Shown: in pieces, positions 37,825 through 47,217 of the stretch | Layout of the letters: every line of letters begins with the position of its first letter | Position numbering within the stretch: the stretch's first letter is position 1 | Assembly (NCBI GenBank): GCA_050873805.1 | Contig: JBNMJN010000009.1 | Coordinates: 1,871-65,870 of the forward strand | Direction: 5' to 3' | DNA from: Prevotellaceae bacterium | GTDB taxonomy: Bacteria > Bacteroidota > Bacteroidia > Bacteroidales > Bacteroidaceae | Length of the DNA stretch: 64,000 bases | Notes under the pieces: generated by a model | Databases searched by the model: none | What the model was told of the DNA's origin: nothing | The model's input: the letters and a program-made list of their open reading frames with translations, nothing else | Made by a program: the position numbers and the translations under genes

Positions 37825-39024
37825 TTATCTTGGGAGTATCATTGGATACTCCACTCCATACGCTTCGGCATAATTGCCTGTAAATTTCAGTTTATCTACA
37901 TATTGCGAGGCTATCTGGCAGAAATACACCAACTTGTCTTTCAAGCTCTGTTTCTTGTCGTATTGATAGTTCATCACGAAAGCGAAGAGATGGGTGCTCG
38001 AAGCCGAGAAGGCATTATAGATTTCCTGCAAATTCACAGCCTCCAACTTCTGCTTGTTGCTCTTCAGATAATCATCGGGTATCGGCTCAGCCACATTGTC
38101 CAAGCCTCTGCCCTCTCTCTTCTTCAATTTCTCCGACAATGCCCGGATGCACTGCAATGCCTCATCGGAAGTACGAAGATTATCTATCGACAATTTGATA
38201 TAATACTTCGGTTGCGGTTCCATCCACACTGCATTTCTGGCTGCGAGAACCTGACGCACATCCGTCGCTTCCTCCCATCTAAACTGGTCCTTGAGGTATT
38301 TCAGCTTCTTCGCCTTCTCGAAGATACGATTCTGATAATCTATCAAATTCAGATATTGGATGATCTGGCGTTCAATCTCCAAGAGATTGTGATAAGATTC
38401 GTTCAGTTGCAAGCGAACGTCATTGACCACGTTTCTCATCTGCACATCCATCGCCACAGAGAAAAAGATGGGTTGCTCGGTGTCTATCACTCGCTCACTC
38501 TCGGTGATGAGTTGGGAGATATTCTTCAGTTTCTCGCTGAGTCGTTGGAGCTTTGCTTTCTTGATGGCATAGTTGGGCTCGTTCTTGTAAGTATTGTCCA
38601 TGTTGCGCTTCAGGTCGAGCACATTGCGCACCGTTGCCAAGGCTATCGTCTTCAAGCATCGGCGCACTTCCTTCAGATACTTATACTTACGGGTCTCATT
38701 GTTTTCCTTCAGATAGTAGTCGATATTCTCGTTCAAGGCTGAGATATAGTCACGCACCGAGGATACATTGATTTCCTCGTTGACCTCCAGTACATCCTCG
38801 AAGAACTTCTGATATACATCCTCCATCTCCAGGCAATCCCCCGTATCACGTATCACCCCATTCTCTATCAAGAAGCGAATGCGCTCCTCCTTATACTCAG
38901 TCATCTCCAGGGCATAGTCGTATCGAAACTGAAGGGAATGCCGTTTTGCAAACATCTCCTTCAGCAGCAACTTCTCCCTGTCGAGTGCTCTCACCAGTTC
39001 GTCTATCGATCGGAATGTTCCCAT
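37825..39024 (-). CDS. jetA: Wadjet JetA (kleisin-like, DUF3375-type)
   Basis: ~399 aa from ATG 39024 (MGTFRSIDELVRALDREKLLLKEMF...). First gene of the four-gene array. The 30 upstream codons of the track ORF look non-coding. Confidence 0.7.
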   Translation of the reverse strand: MGTFRSIDELVRALDREKLLLKEMFAKRHSLQFRYDYALEMTEYKEERIRFLIENGVIRDTGDCLEMEDVYQKFFEDVLEVNEEINVSSVRDYISALNENIDYYLKENNETRKYKYLKEVRRCLKTIALATVRNVLDLKRNMDNTYKNEPNYAIKKAKLQRLSEKLKNISQLITESERVIDTEQPIFFSVAMDVQMRNVVNDVRLQLNESYHNLLEIERQIIQYLNLIDYQNRIFEKAKKLKYLKDQFRWEEATDVRQVLAARNAVWMEPQPKYYIKLSIDNLRTSDEALQCIRALSEKLKKREGRGLDNVAEPIPDDYLKSNKQKLEAVNLQEIYNAFSASSTHLFAFVMNYQYDKKQSLKDKLVYFCQIASQYVDKLKFTGNYAEAYGVEYPMILPR

Positions 39025-39286
39025 TGCTCTTGGATTTTGGGGGTGAAGTATTGTTGCCTGTGTTTTCTTCTTTTGGCATTTCTGGCATTGTGTTGGGACG
39101 CATGAGAAGGACACCAGGCACAGGGTTGTTTAGGCTGTAAAGTTACATGAATTGTGCGAGACGACAAGCCCAGTATGGTGGCTTTTTCTGTTCGGGTGCT
39201 TTTCGGGAGGGAGAAAGGGAGCAGGCTGGCCCTTCGGACATCGCGCCGAGGAGCCAGCCTGTGGAGTATGGGGGTGTGCAAATGGC

Positions 39287-39814
39287 TCAGAACTCGAAGC
39301 CGAACTGAAAGCCTATGTTGTGATAGCAGTCGCGATGTGAATAGCTGACACCCCACCAGTCTTCGGTGTCCTTTTGGGTGAGCAGTGTATAGGTGAACTC
39401 AAAGTTGATGGCAAACCTGTTGGCCACCGGCATGCTCACGCCGATGGATGGCTCGATGTAGCCGCCTGTGAAGTCGCCCACGCAGCCACCTCCCTTGAAG
39501 TCGAAGTAGGGACTGATGGGACGGTTGATGAAGTTGATGCGCGCCTGCCCAAAGAGGGGAGCGTAGGCCGCAGCACCGTCAGGGTTGGACAGATTCAGCC
39601 CTATGCCTGCTCCCACGAAAATGTAAGGATTGACTTGCAGACCGTGTGAGGTGGTGAAGGAGAATGCCGTGGAATTGTCCCCGTCATAGAATGTGGAACT
39701 TAGTCCGATGTTGGCAAATCCCTTGTAGGCCATGTGGCGGTCGCGAAACTCGCTCTGCGCCATGGCCGACAGGCCGAGGCATGCTGTGATGAGAAGTGTG
39801 ATTAGTTTCTTCAT
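39287..39814 (-). CDS. Small outer-membrane beta-barrel protein (porin-family/OmpW-like)
   Basis: Signal peptide MKKLITLLITACLGLSAMAQ, alternating amphipathic strands, C-terminal ...GFQFGFEF. Confidence 0.75.
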   Translation of the reverse strand: MKKLITLLITACLGLSAMAQSEFRDRHMAYKGFANIGLSSTFYDGDNSTAFSFTTSHGLQVNPYIFVGAGIGLNLSNPDGAAAYAPLFGQARINFINRPISPYFDFKGGGCVGDFTGGYIEPSIGVSMPVANRFAINFEFTYTLLTQKDTEDWWGVSYSHRDCYHNIGFQFGFEF

Positions 39815-39886
39815 TGTGTGAATTGTTTGTGGTGAATAGTCTTGATGGATGACTTGTAGGCTCGTGCTCCTCTGGCGCTTGTCGCA

Positions 39887-40705
39887 TTAGTGAACCGTTC
39901 CGTATGGCTCGGATGCGTCTGCTGAGAAGTCTTTCTTGTGCATGTGGTCATAAGGCAGATAAAACCTTGTGTTTCGGGCTTGCTTGTTCACCTTCTGCTT
40001 CAGTTGTGACTTGCAGCCTGTCTTCACCTTCTCCTCAATCTCCGTTGACACGTAATTGGTGAATCCTGCCACGTGGAAATCATTCTGGACAACCTTTTCC
40101 TTCTGCGAGTCTCCCACTCGGTAAGTGATGTAGTTGGAGAAGTGCAGCGGGCTGTTCTCTTGTGTGAAGGTAATGCTCTCGGGTTTCTTGCTCTTGGGGA
40201 AGAGCCTTATGGAGCAATCCTGCATCACATCTGCGGCGAGTGTGAACTCGCTCACGGACTTGCCCGCATGGGGCGGTATGGCAATGATGGGCTTTTCGCT
40301 GGTTGTCATGTTTGAGGAAGTTGTCTTGGAATTAGAGCTTGCAAGTGTGACAGGTGTGCCCACAAGCAGTGAGAATGCTGTGGCAGCAGTTGTGTTGGAT
40401 GAGGACCTGGTTGTCCCGTCTTCGTGAGTCCTGTTCTGGAAGTAGTCATAGGCTGTGCCGTTCTCTATGAAGAACGTCTTGGTGAGGTCAAGGTAGAGAA
40501 TCTCATCGGTCAGATTCTCAACGTAGAAACCTGGGTCTCCCCCCTTGCTCCACAGGGCATAGGTGATGCGGCAAGCCTCGTCGGTATAGACATAGTTGTC
40601 GTTGACTGTGGGGAGTGAACTCTTGACATCCACCACCTGCATGTAGGTGGATGAGGCGCATGAGCACAAGGCTATTGTGCAGAGCAGCAAAGGAAGCTTT
40701 TTCAT
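39887..40705 (-). CDS. Hypothetical lipoprotein
   Basis: MKKLPLLLCTIALCSCAS has a lipobox. 272 aa with a central S/T-rich linker. Confidence 0.7.
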   Translation of the reverse strand: MKKLPLLLCTIALCSCASSTYMQVVDVKSSLPTVNDNYVYTDEACRITYALWSKGGDPGFYVENLTDEILYLDLTKTFFIENGTAYDYFQNRTHEDGTTRSSSNTTAATAFSLLVGTPVTLASSNSKTTSSNMTTSEKPIIAIPPHAGKSVSEFTLAADVMQDCSIRLFPKSKKPESITFTQENSPLHFSNYITYRVGDSQKEKVVQNDFHVAGFTNYVSTEIEEKVKTGCKSQLKQKVNKQARNTRFYLPYDHMHKKDFSADASEPYGTVH

Positions 40706-40778
40706 ATCGATGATGTTTTATGTTGTTTTGTCCCACGCCTCTTGACTCTGCTGTCCCTGAGGCAGGGCAATGATGTTG

Positions 40779-40786
40779 CAAATATA
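40779..40786 (-). promoter_or_regulatory. Bacteroidota -7 box (TATATTTG) upstream of the lipoprotein gene
   Basis: Plus-strand caaatata equals TATATTTG on the minus strand, ~75 nt upstream of ATG 40705. Matches the TAnnTTTG consensus. Confidence 0.35.
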
Positions 40787-40853
40787 GATGTTTTCCGCTT
40801 GCTGTGGAAATATGTGAAGAAAAAAGATAGGGCATGCGCGTGGCGTGGGCCAG

Positions 40854-43800
40854 TCATTCTGCCTCGGTGAGGCTTCGGCTTCTCCTCAGCGTAAGGTCGG
40901 GTAGCAGCACGGCGGTCTCTTCTTCCCCTTTGGGGGCATCCTTGGGTTTCCATGCCACGATGAAGCGTACTGAGGCCGAGGTCGCCTGGTAGCCCTTGCC
41001 TTGCCAGTCCAGCAGCGTGGCCTGCATTCTCTGGGCGAGCTGGGCCACAGGAATGCCCGCTTGGGTATATAGGAAGAAGTCCCTGCAGGCCAGCTCATCC
41101 CCACTCTTGAGGGAGAGAACCTCACGCTTGCGGGACTTGAAGAAGCCCAGGTTCACATCCTTGTGGCTGAGTTGCAGCACAATCTCGTCGGGCAGCGAGT
41201 ACTCATGGCGGTCGTAGGTCTGCTGGTCGGGCTTGATGCAGTCAAATGTCGTGCCATCGGTGTGTATGGACAACCTTTTCTTTGCCCGTGTGATACCCAC
41301 ATAGAATTTCCTGCATTGCTCTTCTGTCAGCGCGACCCTGCCTGTGACCATCATATACACATTGTCGTATTCGCGCCCCTTGGACTTGTGTATGGTGGAG
41401 ACGATGACCTCGTGTCCCCTGCCCGATGCGTCGCAGAAGTCCTCAGCCGATGACTCGAAGAGAAACTCTTGCAGGTCGCTGAGGTATTTGCTCCTGTTGG
41501 TCTTCTCGAAAAGTGCCATGCAACGCTTGATATATGGCAGGCTGCTGCTTGTGGCATAACGGCTGTACGTCCTCGCCTTGGCCATTTCCCATGCCTCGTC
41601 GGGGATTATGGCACGGTTGCGTGATGGGGCTTTTCCCTGTATCAGTTGCTTGAGGAAGTAGCGCACCTCGGCCAGGTTCCAGAAGTGGAATCCGTCGGTG
41701 GCCTGCACCAGACGGCTCTTGATGCCATGCCTGCGCAGCAGGGCCACCATGATGACCGCTTCCTCGTTGGTTTGTGTCAGCACGCAGGTGGTGCCCTCAT
41801 CCAGGTGCGTCTGGATGTAGCGGGCCAATGGCCTGTAAATGCAAGGGGAGGCGTAGCGCGTAATCTCCACGCTCCCATCGCTCTGGCTCATGGACAGGAT
41901 GGGCGTGCGCTTCATCCTGTGCCGGATGAGACGGGCAAAGGAGTTGGCGGCATCTACGATGTGGCGCATGCTCCTGTAGTTCTCGGTCACCTCGATGAAC
42001 CTGGCTCCTGGCTCCTGCGTGAGCCTGAACATGTACTGCGAACTGGAGCCTCGGAACTCATAGATGTTCTGGTCATCATCGCCCACGGCTATCACCCTCA
42101 TGTCCTCGTTGGCATCCATCAGAGCCTTTAGCAGGGCATACTCATCCTCTCCCATGTCCTGTGCCTCGTCGATGACCAGCACCAGCTTGCCTATCTTGCT
42201 GGGCTCCACCTCGCCCTGCCTGATGAGTTCGGCGGCCTTGCCTACCACATTGTCCATTTCCTCGGGGGTGCCGGTGCGTCCCAGGAGGTCGAAGCAATAG
42301 GAGTGGAAGGTCTTTATCTCCACAAAGTGGGCCGCGTTGCCAATAAGATTCATCAGCCGTTGCTTGAACTCGGTGGCGGCTGCGCGTGAGAAGGTGAGCA
42401 TCAGCAGCTGTTCATGCTTCACATCCTCCAGGATGAGCAGGGAGGCCAGCTTGTGCACCAGCACGCGCGTCTTTCCGCTGCCAGGCCCGGCAGCTACCAC
42501 GATGCAGCGTGACTCCTTGTCCGAGATGACCTCCATCTGCTTCTTGGACAGTTGCTCCATCAGTTGGCGGTACTTCCTGGGCGACAGGTTGCGCTGTATC
42601 TCCTCCAGCCTTTCTCCCTTGAAGTACTTGGCGATGAACTTGCGGTAGTCCATCTGGAAATAGTCGTGCACATACTGCAGCGCGGCATCATAGTCCCTTA
42701 CCATCAGGTTGGCATATTCGCCCACGATGTGCACCTGCTGCATCTTCATCTTGTAGAAGTTGTCAAGCAGGCGGTAGTCCTCTTGCTTGTATCTGAGCTG
42801 GCTTCCCTTGATCCGGTGTATGTCCATGCGGTTGTATATCACCAGGAAGCCTCCTTCCAGCTTCAGCGCGTCTATCTTGTCCAGGTAGAGCAATGCCTCC
42901 TCCACATCCTCCAGCGTCGCGCTATCCGCGTCCTGGAAGAGTGACTGGGCACTCTGTCCCTCCATCTCTCTCAGCAACTCCACCACCGAGAACTGTATGC
43001 AGGTTCTTTCGGTGTCGCTTGTGGCTGTCTCGCTTACCTTCCCATACAGCCATTCCACGGCAAAGCGGCAGATGGCCAGCCTCTTCTCATATCGTGCGAG
43101 AGTCTGTTCCTGGCTGTGCTTCCTCTCGATGGACACGCCCTGTGTGCCCTCTCCATTCTTGCTGCAGCGCATGTATCCCTTGATGGCGAGGAAGTAGAGC
43201 AAGGTCTTCACGTCCTTTTCGCTTGCCGAGGAGATGCCGCTGCTGGTGGCCTCTTCGTTGATTTGCTTGTAGGTGGTGCATAGTGATTCGTCGGGCACAT
43301 GACTTAGGATATACTGTTCCAGCCTGGCACAGCGTTCCAGGCGCAACCTGCTCTTGTGCTCTGTGGCATCCTTGTCCAGCAGGTAGGCCGACATGTCCTT
43401 GCTGTCGGCCAGGATGCCCTCCTGCTTCATGTGCTCCACGGCCGACACCACCTCTCTCTTGGTCAGCCCCAGGATGTCGGCCAGGTAGTCAATCCGCGAC
43501 TCCGCCTGCTCCTCGTCGGCCGAGGTGTATTTCTTGGAGATGAGGGACTTGATGATTCTTGCCGCATTCTCGCTCTCCTTGCTGTCAAAGAAGCGCGAGG
43601 ACTCCAGCCTCCTCCTGGCCTCGTCCATGTTCCTCACGGTGATGCCTGTGGCATACACATGGGGCACGTTGTCCCCTCGCTTGATGTAGCCAGCTTGTTC
43701 CAGTGCCGCCAGTGCCGTGCGCACTCTTGTCTCTATATCTGTTACAGAGTCGTCCCACTTAGCCTTCCGCGCTATCTCCAGTGCCGACTTGCAGAACCTC

Positions 43801-45758
43801 TCCCTGTCCTTGGTAAAGAATTTGATGGCCGTCCACACCTGATTGATTTCCTTCAGGCTCAGCTTCGTCTGGTTGAGCAGGATGAAGTGCTTGTCCAGGT
43901 CGTCATCCCCATATAGGACAACGCACTTCGCGCTCAGGTGCTGGTCTCGTCCTGCGCGTCCTGCCTCCTGCACATAATTCTCCAGGGAGTCAGATATGTC
44001 ATAGTGGATCACCAGCCCCACATTATTCTTGTCCACCCCCATCCCGAAGGCCGATGTGGCCACGATGATGCGCACGCGGGGGTTGGTCATAAAGGCATTC
44101 TGGTTGGCAATCTTCTCATCGGAACTCATGCGCCCGTTGAATGGAAGGGCATGGAAGCCATCTCTGTTCAGTCGTGATGCCAGTTCGCGTGTGCGCTTGG
44201 TGCGTGACACATACACGATGGTGGGGCAGTCGCTGGCCGATACCAGTGCCCTGAGCTTGTCGTATTTGTCCTCCTCCGACTCGGTGTGTATTACCGAATA
44301 GTGGAGGTTGGTGCGCGAGGCAGAGGAGGCCAGGAGCGTGAGATTGAGGCCGAGGTTCTGCTTGAAGTAGTCACAGATGTCCTGTATGACCTTCTGCTTG
44401 GCGGTGGCCGTGAAGCAAGATACGGGTATGGGACTGATGTCCCCCTTCTGCTCCTGTAGCTTCTTGATGAAGTGTGCGATGTACATGTAGTCCACACGGA
44501 AGTCCTGTCCCCAGGCCGAGAAGCAATGTGCCTCGTCGATGACAAACCGCACCACATGCCTTGCCATGAGGATGCGCTCGATAGTCTTGGAGCGAAGCAT
44601 CTCGGGTGCGATATACAGCAGGGACACAGCGCCGTCGCGCACCCGCTGTATGCTGTTGGCCCTTGTGATGGGGTCCAGCAGCCCATTGATGGTGGCCACC
44701 TCAGTAATGCCGCGCTCGGCCAGTTTGTCCACCTGGTCTTTCATCAGGGAGAGCAGGGGAGAGATGACCACCGTGAGGCCATGCGCAGCCTGCCCCTCTA
44801 TCAGGGCTGGCAACTGGAACGTGAGCGACTTGCCGCCTCCTGTGGGGAAGATGGCAAGCAGCGATTTCCCCTCGATGGCAGCCTGGCAGGCTTGCTCCTG
44901 CAATGGCTCGCCCTCGTATGTGCGGAACTCGGTGTAGCCGAAGAACTTCTTGAGGTTGCGGTGTATGTCCAGTTTCTGGTCACAATAGGCACAGCCCTCC
45001 CTGCAAGGCGTTTCCCTCAGGAGAGCCATCACATGCTCGACGGCTGGAAATTGGTGAAGCACCCAGCCAGGGGTGGCCGAGTGATGGTCGGTGGTCTCTG
45101 TCAGAGCCAGGGCATAGGCCAGTTCGCAGGGATAACTCCTGGTCATCATGGCTATGTCGGCATGGGAGCAGACGAGCCCCTTGTAAACGTCCGTTATGAG
45201 TCTTGGCAAGTTCCTGACCCTGCCGCTTGCGTTCACCATGTCCAGGAAGCCCTGGAACTCAGGTTGGCTGGCCAGCAGTCCCGCATATATCTGCCTCTTC
45301 TCCAGGGGAAGTCCGGCCCACTTGTCAATCTCCTCTTGCAGTAGGTCCAGGTCTTTTTCGCAGTCATTCACGGGATTGTTGGCCTGTTCTGAGAGCAGTT
45401 TGTCATCCTTCGTCAGCCTGTGGCAGGAATGCTGGGGGAAGAGTAGAGGGGATATGTACAGGGTGTCCACCAGCGTCCATTGCCTTTGTCCATCGGGAAA
45501 CAGGTACTTGGCATCGTGGTGAACAATGTTGTGCCCGCACAGATAGTCGCAGTCCTTGACAAAGTGGATGGCCTCTGTGAGCGAGGCGGAGTGGTAGATG
45601 CCCCTGTCATGGCGCAGGATGCCGATGTCGTGTATCCTGTGGTCATTCATGCTGACCTCGGTGTCGATGACGGCGTAGCGCAGGGAATTGAGGTCGGGGA
45701 TTGGGGCGTTTTCCTCGACTTCCTCTATTCCCATAAGCCTTTTCCATATCGACGGCAT
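40854..45758 (-). CDS. Triple-fusion helicase: DnaQ-like 3'-5' exonuclease + RecQ-family SF2 helicase + UvrD/PcrA-like SF1 helicase
   Basis: 1634 aa. Exo motifs: YAVIDTEV, CGHNIVHHDAKYL. RecQ: AIFPTGGGKSLTFQLPA, FVIDEAHCFSAWGQDFR, VATSAFGMGVDK, QEAGRAGRD. UvrD: VAAGPGSGKTRVL, LVIDEAQDM, IAVGDDDQNIYEFRG, TIHKSKGREYD, YVGITRAKKRL. Confidence 0.85.
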   Translation of the reverse strand: MPSIWKRLMGIEEVEENAPIPDLNSLRYAVIDTEVSMNDHRIHDIGILRHDRGIYHSASLTEAIHFVKDCDYLCGHNIVHHDAKYLFPDGQRQWTLVDTLYISPLLFPQHSCHRLTKDDKLLSEQANNPVNDCEKDLDLLQEEIDKWAGLPLEKRQIYAGLLASQPEFQGFLDMVNASGRVRNLPRLITDVYKGLVCSHADIAMMTRSYPCELAYALALTETTDHHSATPGWVLHQFPAVEHVMALLRETPCREGCAYCDQKLDIHRNLKKFFGYTEFRTYEGEPLQEQACQAAIEGKSLLAIFPTGGGKSLTFQLPALIEGQAAHGLTVVISPLLSLMKDQVDKLAERGITEVATINGLLDPITRANSIQRVRDGAVSLLYIAPEMLRSKTIERILMARHVVRFVIDEAHCFSAWGQDFRVDYMYIAHFIKKLQEQKGDISPIPVSCFTATAKQKVIQDICDYFKQNLGLNLTLLASSASRTNLHYSVIHTESEEDKYDKLRALVSASDCPTIVYVSRTKRTRELASRLNRDGFHALPFNGRMSSDEKIANQNAFMTNPRVRIIVATSAFGMGVDKNNVGLVIHYDISDSLENYVQEAGRAGRDQHLSAKCVVLYGDDDLDKHFILLNQTKLSLKEINQVWTAIKFFTKDRERFCKSALEIARKAKWDDSVTDIETRVRTALAALEQAGYIKRGDNVPHVYATGITVRNMDEARRRLESSRFFDSKESENAARIIKSLISKKYTSADEEQAESRIDYLADILGLTKREVVSAVEHMKQEGILADSKDMSAYLLDKDATEHKSRLRLERCARLEQYILSHVPDESLCTTYKQINEEATSSGISSASEKDVKTLLYFLAIKGYMRCSKNGEGTQGVSIERKHSQEQTLARYEKRLAICRFAVEWLYGKVSETATSDTERTCIQFSVVELLREMEGQSAQSLFQDADSATLEDVEEALLYLDKIDALKLEGGFLVIYNRMDIHRIKGSQLRYKQEDYRLLDNFYKMKMQQVHIVGEYANLMVRDYDAALQYVHDYFQMDYRKFIAKYFKGERLEEIQRNLSPRKYRQLMEQLSKKQMEVISDKESRCIVVAAGPGSGKTRVLVHKLASLLILEDVKHEQLLMLTFSRAAATEFKQRLMNLIGNAAHFVEIKTFHSYCFDLLGRTGTPEEMDNVVGKAAELIRQGEVEPSKIGKLVLVIDEAQDMGEDEYALLKALMDANEDMRVIAVGDDDQNIYEFRGSSSQYMFRLTQEPGARFIEVTENYRSMRHIVDAANSFARLIRHRMKRTPILSMSQSDGSVEITRYASPCIYRPLARYIQTHLDEGTTCVLTQTNEEAVIMVALLRRHGIKSRLVQATDGFHFWNLAEVRYFLKQLIQGKAPSRNRAIIPDEAWEMAKARTYSRYATSSSLPYIKRCMALFEKTNRSKYLSDLQEFLFESSAEDFCDASGRGHEVIVSTIHKSKGREYDNVYMMVTGRVALTEEQCRKFYVGITRAKKRLSIHTDGTTFDCIKPDQQTYDRHEYSLPDEIVLQLSHKDVNLGFFKSRKREVLSLKSGDELACRDFFLYTQAGIPVAQLAQRMQATLLDWQGKGYQATSASVRFIVAWKPKDAPKGEEETAVLLPDLTLRRSRSLTEAE

Positions 45759-45856
45759 AGTAGGTCAGTAGCGTGTCTTTAGCTTTGGTCTTGTCTCTTG
45801 TCGCCTGTAAAGGTAGGCAAATTGGCCGAGACGGGTATGGGTGGGACTCCCTTTTC

Positions 45857-46717
45857 TCACAGTCCCTTGAGCCATTCCTCCATCAGCTTGGGCCACTTGG
45901 ATGCAGCCTCGGCCAGGTTGGCACGCAGGCCATAGCCGTGCTTGCCCTTCTCATATACGTGCAGTTCCACCGGCACCTTGTGGTCGCGCAGGGCATGGGA
46001 GATGACAAAGGCACTGTTGCCATAGGGGTCCTCCTCGGTCTGGAACACAAAGAAGGGGGGCGTGTGCTCCGTAATGGTCAGTTCGGGAGTGAGGGTGTGG
46101 TTCTCGCCCTCGTCCATGTAGGCCGGGTAGATGAGTGCCGCAAAGTCGGGGCGGGCCGATAGCGTGTCGATGTCGTCCGTGGCTGTGTAACTGGGAGTCT
46201 GGAATCGGGTTGCGGCCCTGGCGCTCAGGCTGGCTCCTGCCGAGAAGCCCATCACGCCCACCTGCTTGCCTGGATTCTCGGCCCTGGCCATGCGTATGGC
46301 ACGCTGCACGTCCTGCAAGGCTCCGGCCCTGTTCTTGGGCACTCGGTAGCGAAGCACATAGGCCGTGTGGCCCAGTGCGTTGAGCCATTGTGCTATCTCA
46401 GTCCCCTCATGGTTCACAGCCAGGATGTTGTACCCGCCTCCGGGGCACACGATGATGACCTTCCCCTTGGGAGCGTTCACCACGGGAAACTTCTGCAGCG
46501 TGGGCACAGGCATCTGCTCGATGCGCAGGATGCCGTCCTGGCCCATGGTCTGCTTCATCTTCCCCTCCTTCAGAACCACCTCGGCGGGACGGTTCTTGGG
46601 CCAGATGTTCCTCTCGCTCTCCTGCGCCCACAGCGGGGCGGCCAGCATCAGGGCCGATGCCAGCATCATTGTCTTAGTCTTGTTCATAGATTCCGTATTG
46701 TCGTAGTCCTGTTCCAT
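45857..46717 (-). CDS. Secreted alpha/beta hydrolase (esterase, Abhydrolase_3/BD-FAE-like)
   Basis: VIIVCPGGGY...GVMGFSAGASL contains GxSxG. A signal peptide follows the alternative start MNKTKTMMLASALMLAAPLWAQ (ATG 46687). Confidence 0.75.
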   Translation of the reverse strand: MEQDYDNTESMNKTKTMMLASALMLAAPLWAQESERNIWPKNRPAEVVLKEGKMKQTMGQDGILRIEQMPVPTLQKFPVVNAPKGKVIIVCPGGGYNILAVNHEGTEIAQWLNALGHTAYVLRYRVPKNRAGALQDVQRAIRMARAENPGKQVGVMGFSAGASLSARAATRFQTPSYTATDDIDTLSARPDFAALIYPAYMDEGENHTLTPELTITEHTPPFFVFQTEEDPYGNSAFVISHALRDHKVPVELHVYEKGKHGYGLRANLAEAASKWPKLMEEWLKGL

Positions 46718-46725
46718 AATTTGTC

Positions 46726-47217
46726 CTATCTGGGTATCTCTATCACCTCCAGGTCCTTGAAGGTCCCGCTGTCGATGGTCAGGCGCACCAGCGTGCGCAC
46801 CTGGTGCCAGCCCTGCAGCCCTGCCGCACCGGGGTTGATGTGCAGCAAGCCCAGCCTGGGGTCGCGCTGCACCTTCAGGATGTGGCTGTGCCCGCTGATG
46901 AAGAGTGAGGGAGGGTTGGCATAGAGTGTGCGGCGGATGTGCGCGTCATAGTGGCCAGGATAGCCGCCGATGTGCGTCATCAGCACGTCGGCTCCCTCGC
47001 AGGCGAAGCGCAGGTCGGCGGTGAAGGTGCGCCGCAGCTCCCCCCCGTCGGCATTGCCATATACCGCCCTCACGGGGCGGAACTCCTGCAGGCGCGTGAT
47101 GAGCTCCATGCCCCCGATGTCGCCTGCGTGCCATATCTCGTCGCAGGGCTCCAGGTAGCGCAGGTAGCGGTCGTCCCAGTAGCCGTGTGTGTCACTTATG
47201 AGTCCTATCCTCTTCAT
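46726..47217 (-). CDS. Metallophosphoesterase, YfcE/MJ0936 family
   Basis: LISDTHGYWD, HAGDIG, GNADG, GHSH motifs; 163 aa. Confidence 0.8.
   Translation of the reverse strand: MKRIGLISDTHGYWDDRYLRYLEPCDEIWHAGDIGGMELITRLQEFRPVRAVYGNADGGELRRTFTADLRFACEGADVLMTHIGGYPGHYDAHIRRTLYANPPSLFISGHSHILKVQRDPRLGLLHINPGAAGLQGWHQVRTLVRLTIDSGTFKDLEVIEIPR

Noticed and set aside
39025-39114. Cys-rich N-terminal extension of JetA (MSFSCVPTQCQKCQKKK...).
   Set aside because: The extension lies upstream of a well-placed ATG (39024) from which the helical JetA-like sequence begins. It is probably 5' UTR read-through in the ORF track. It could be revisited if homologues carry a zinc-ribbon.
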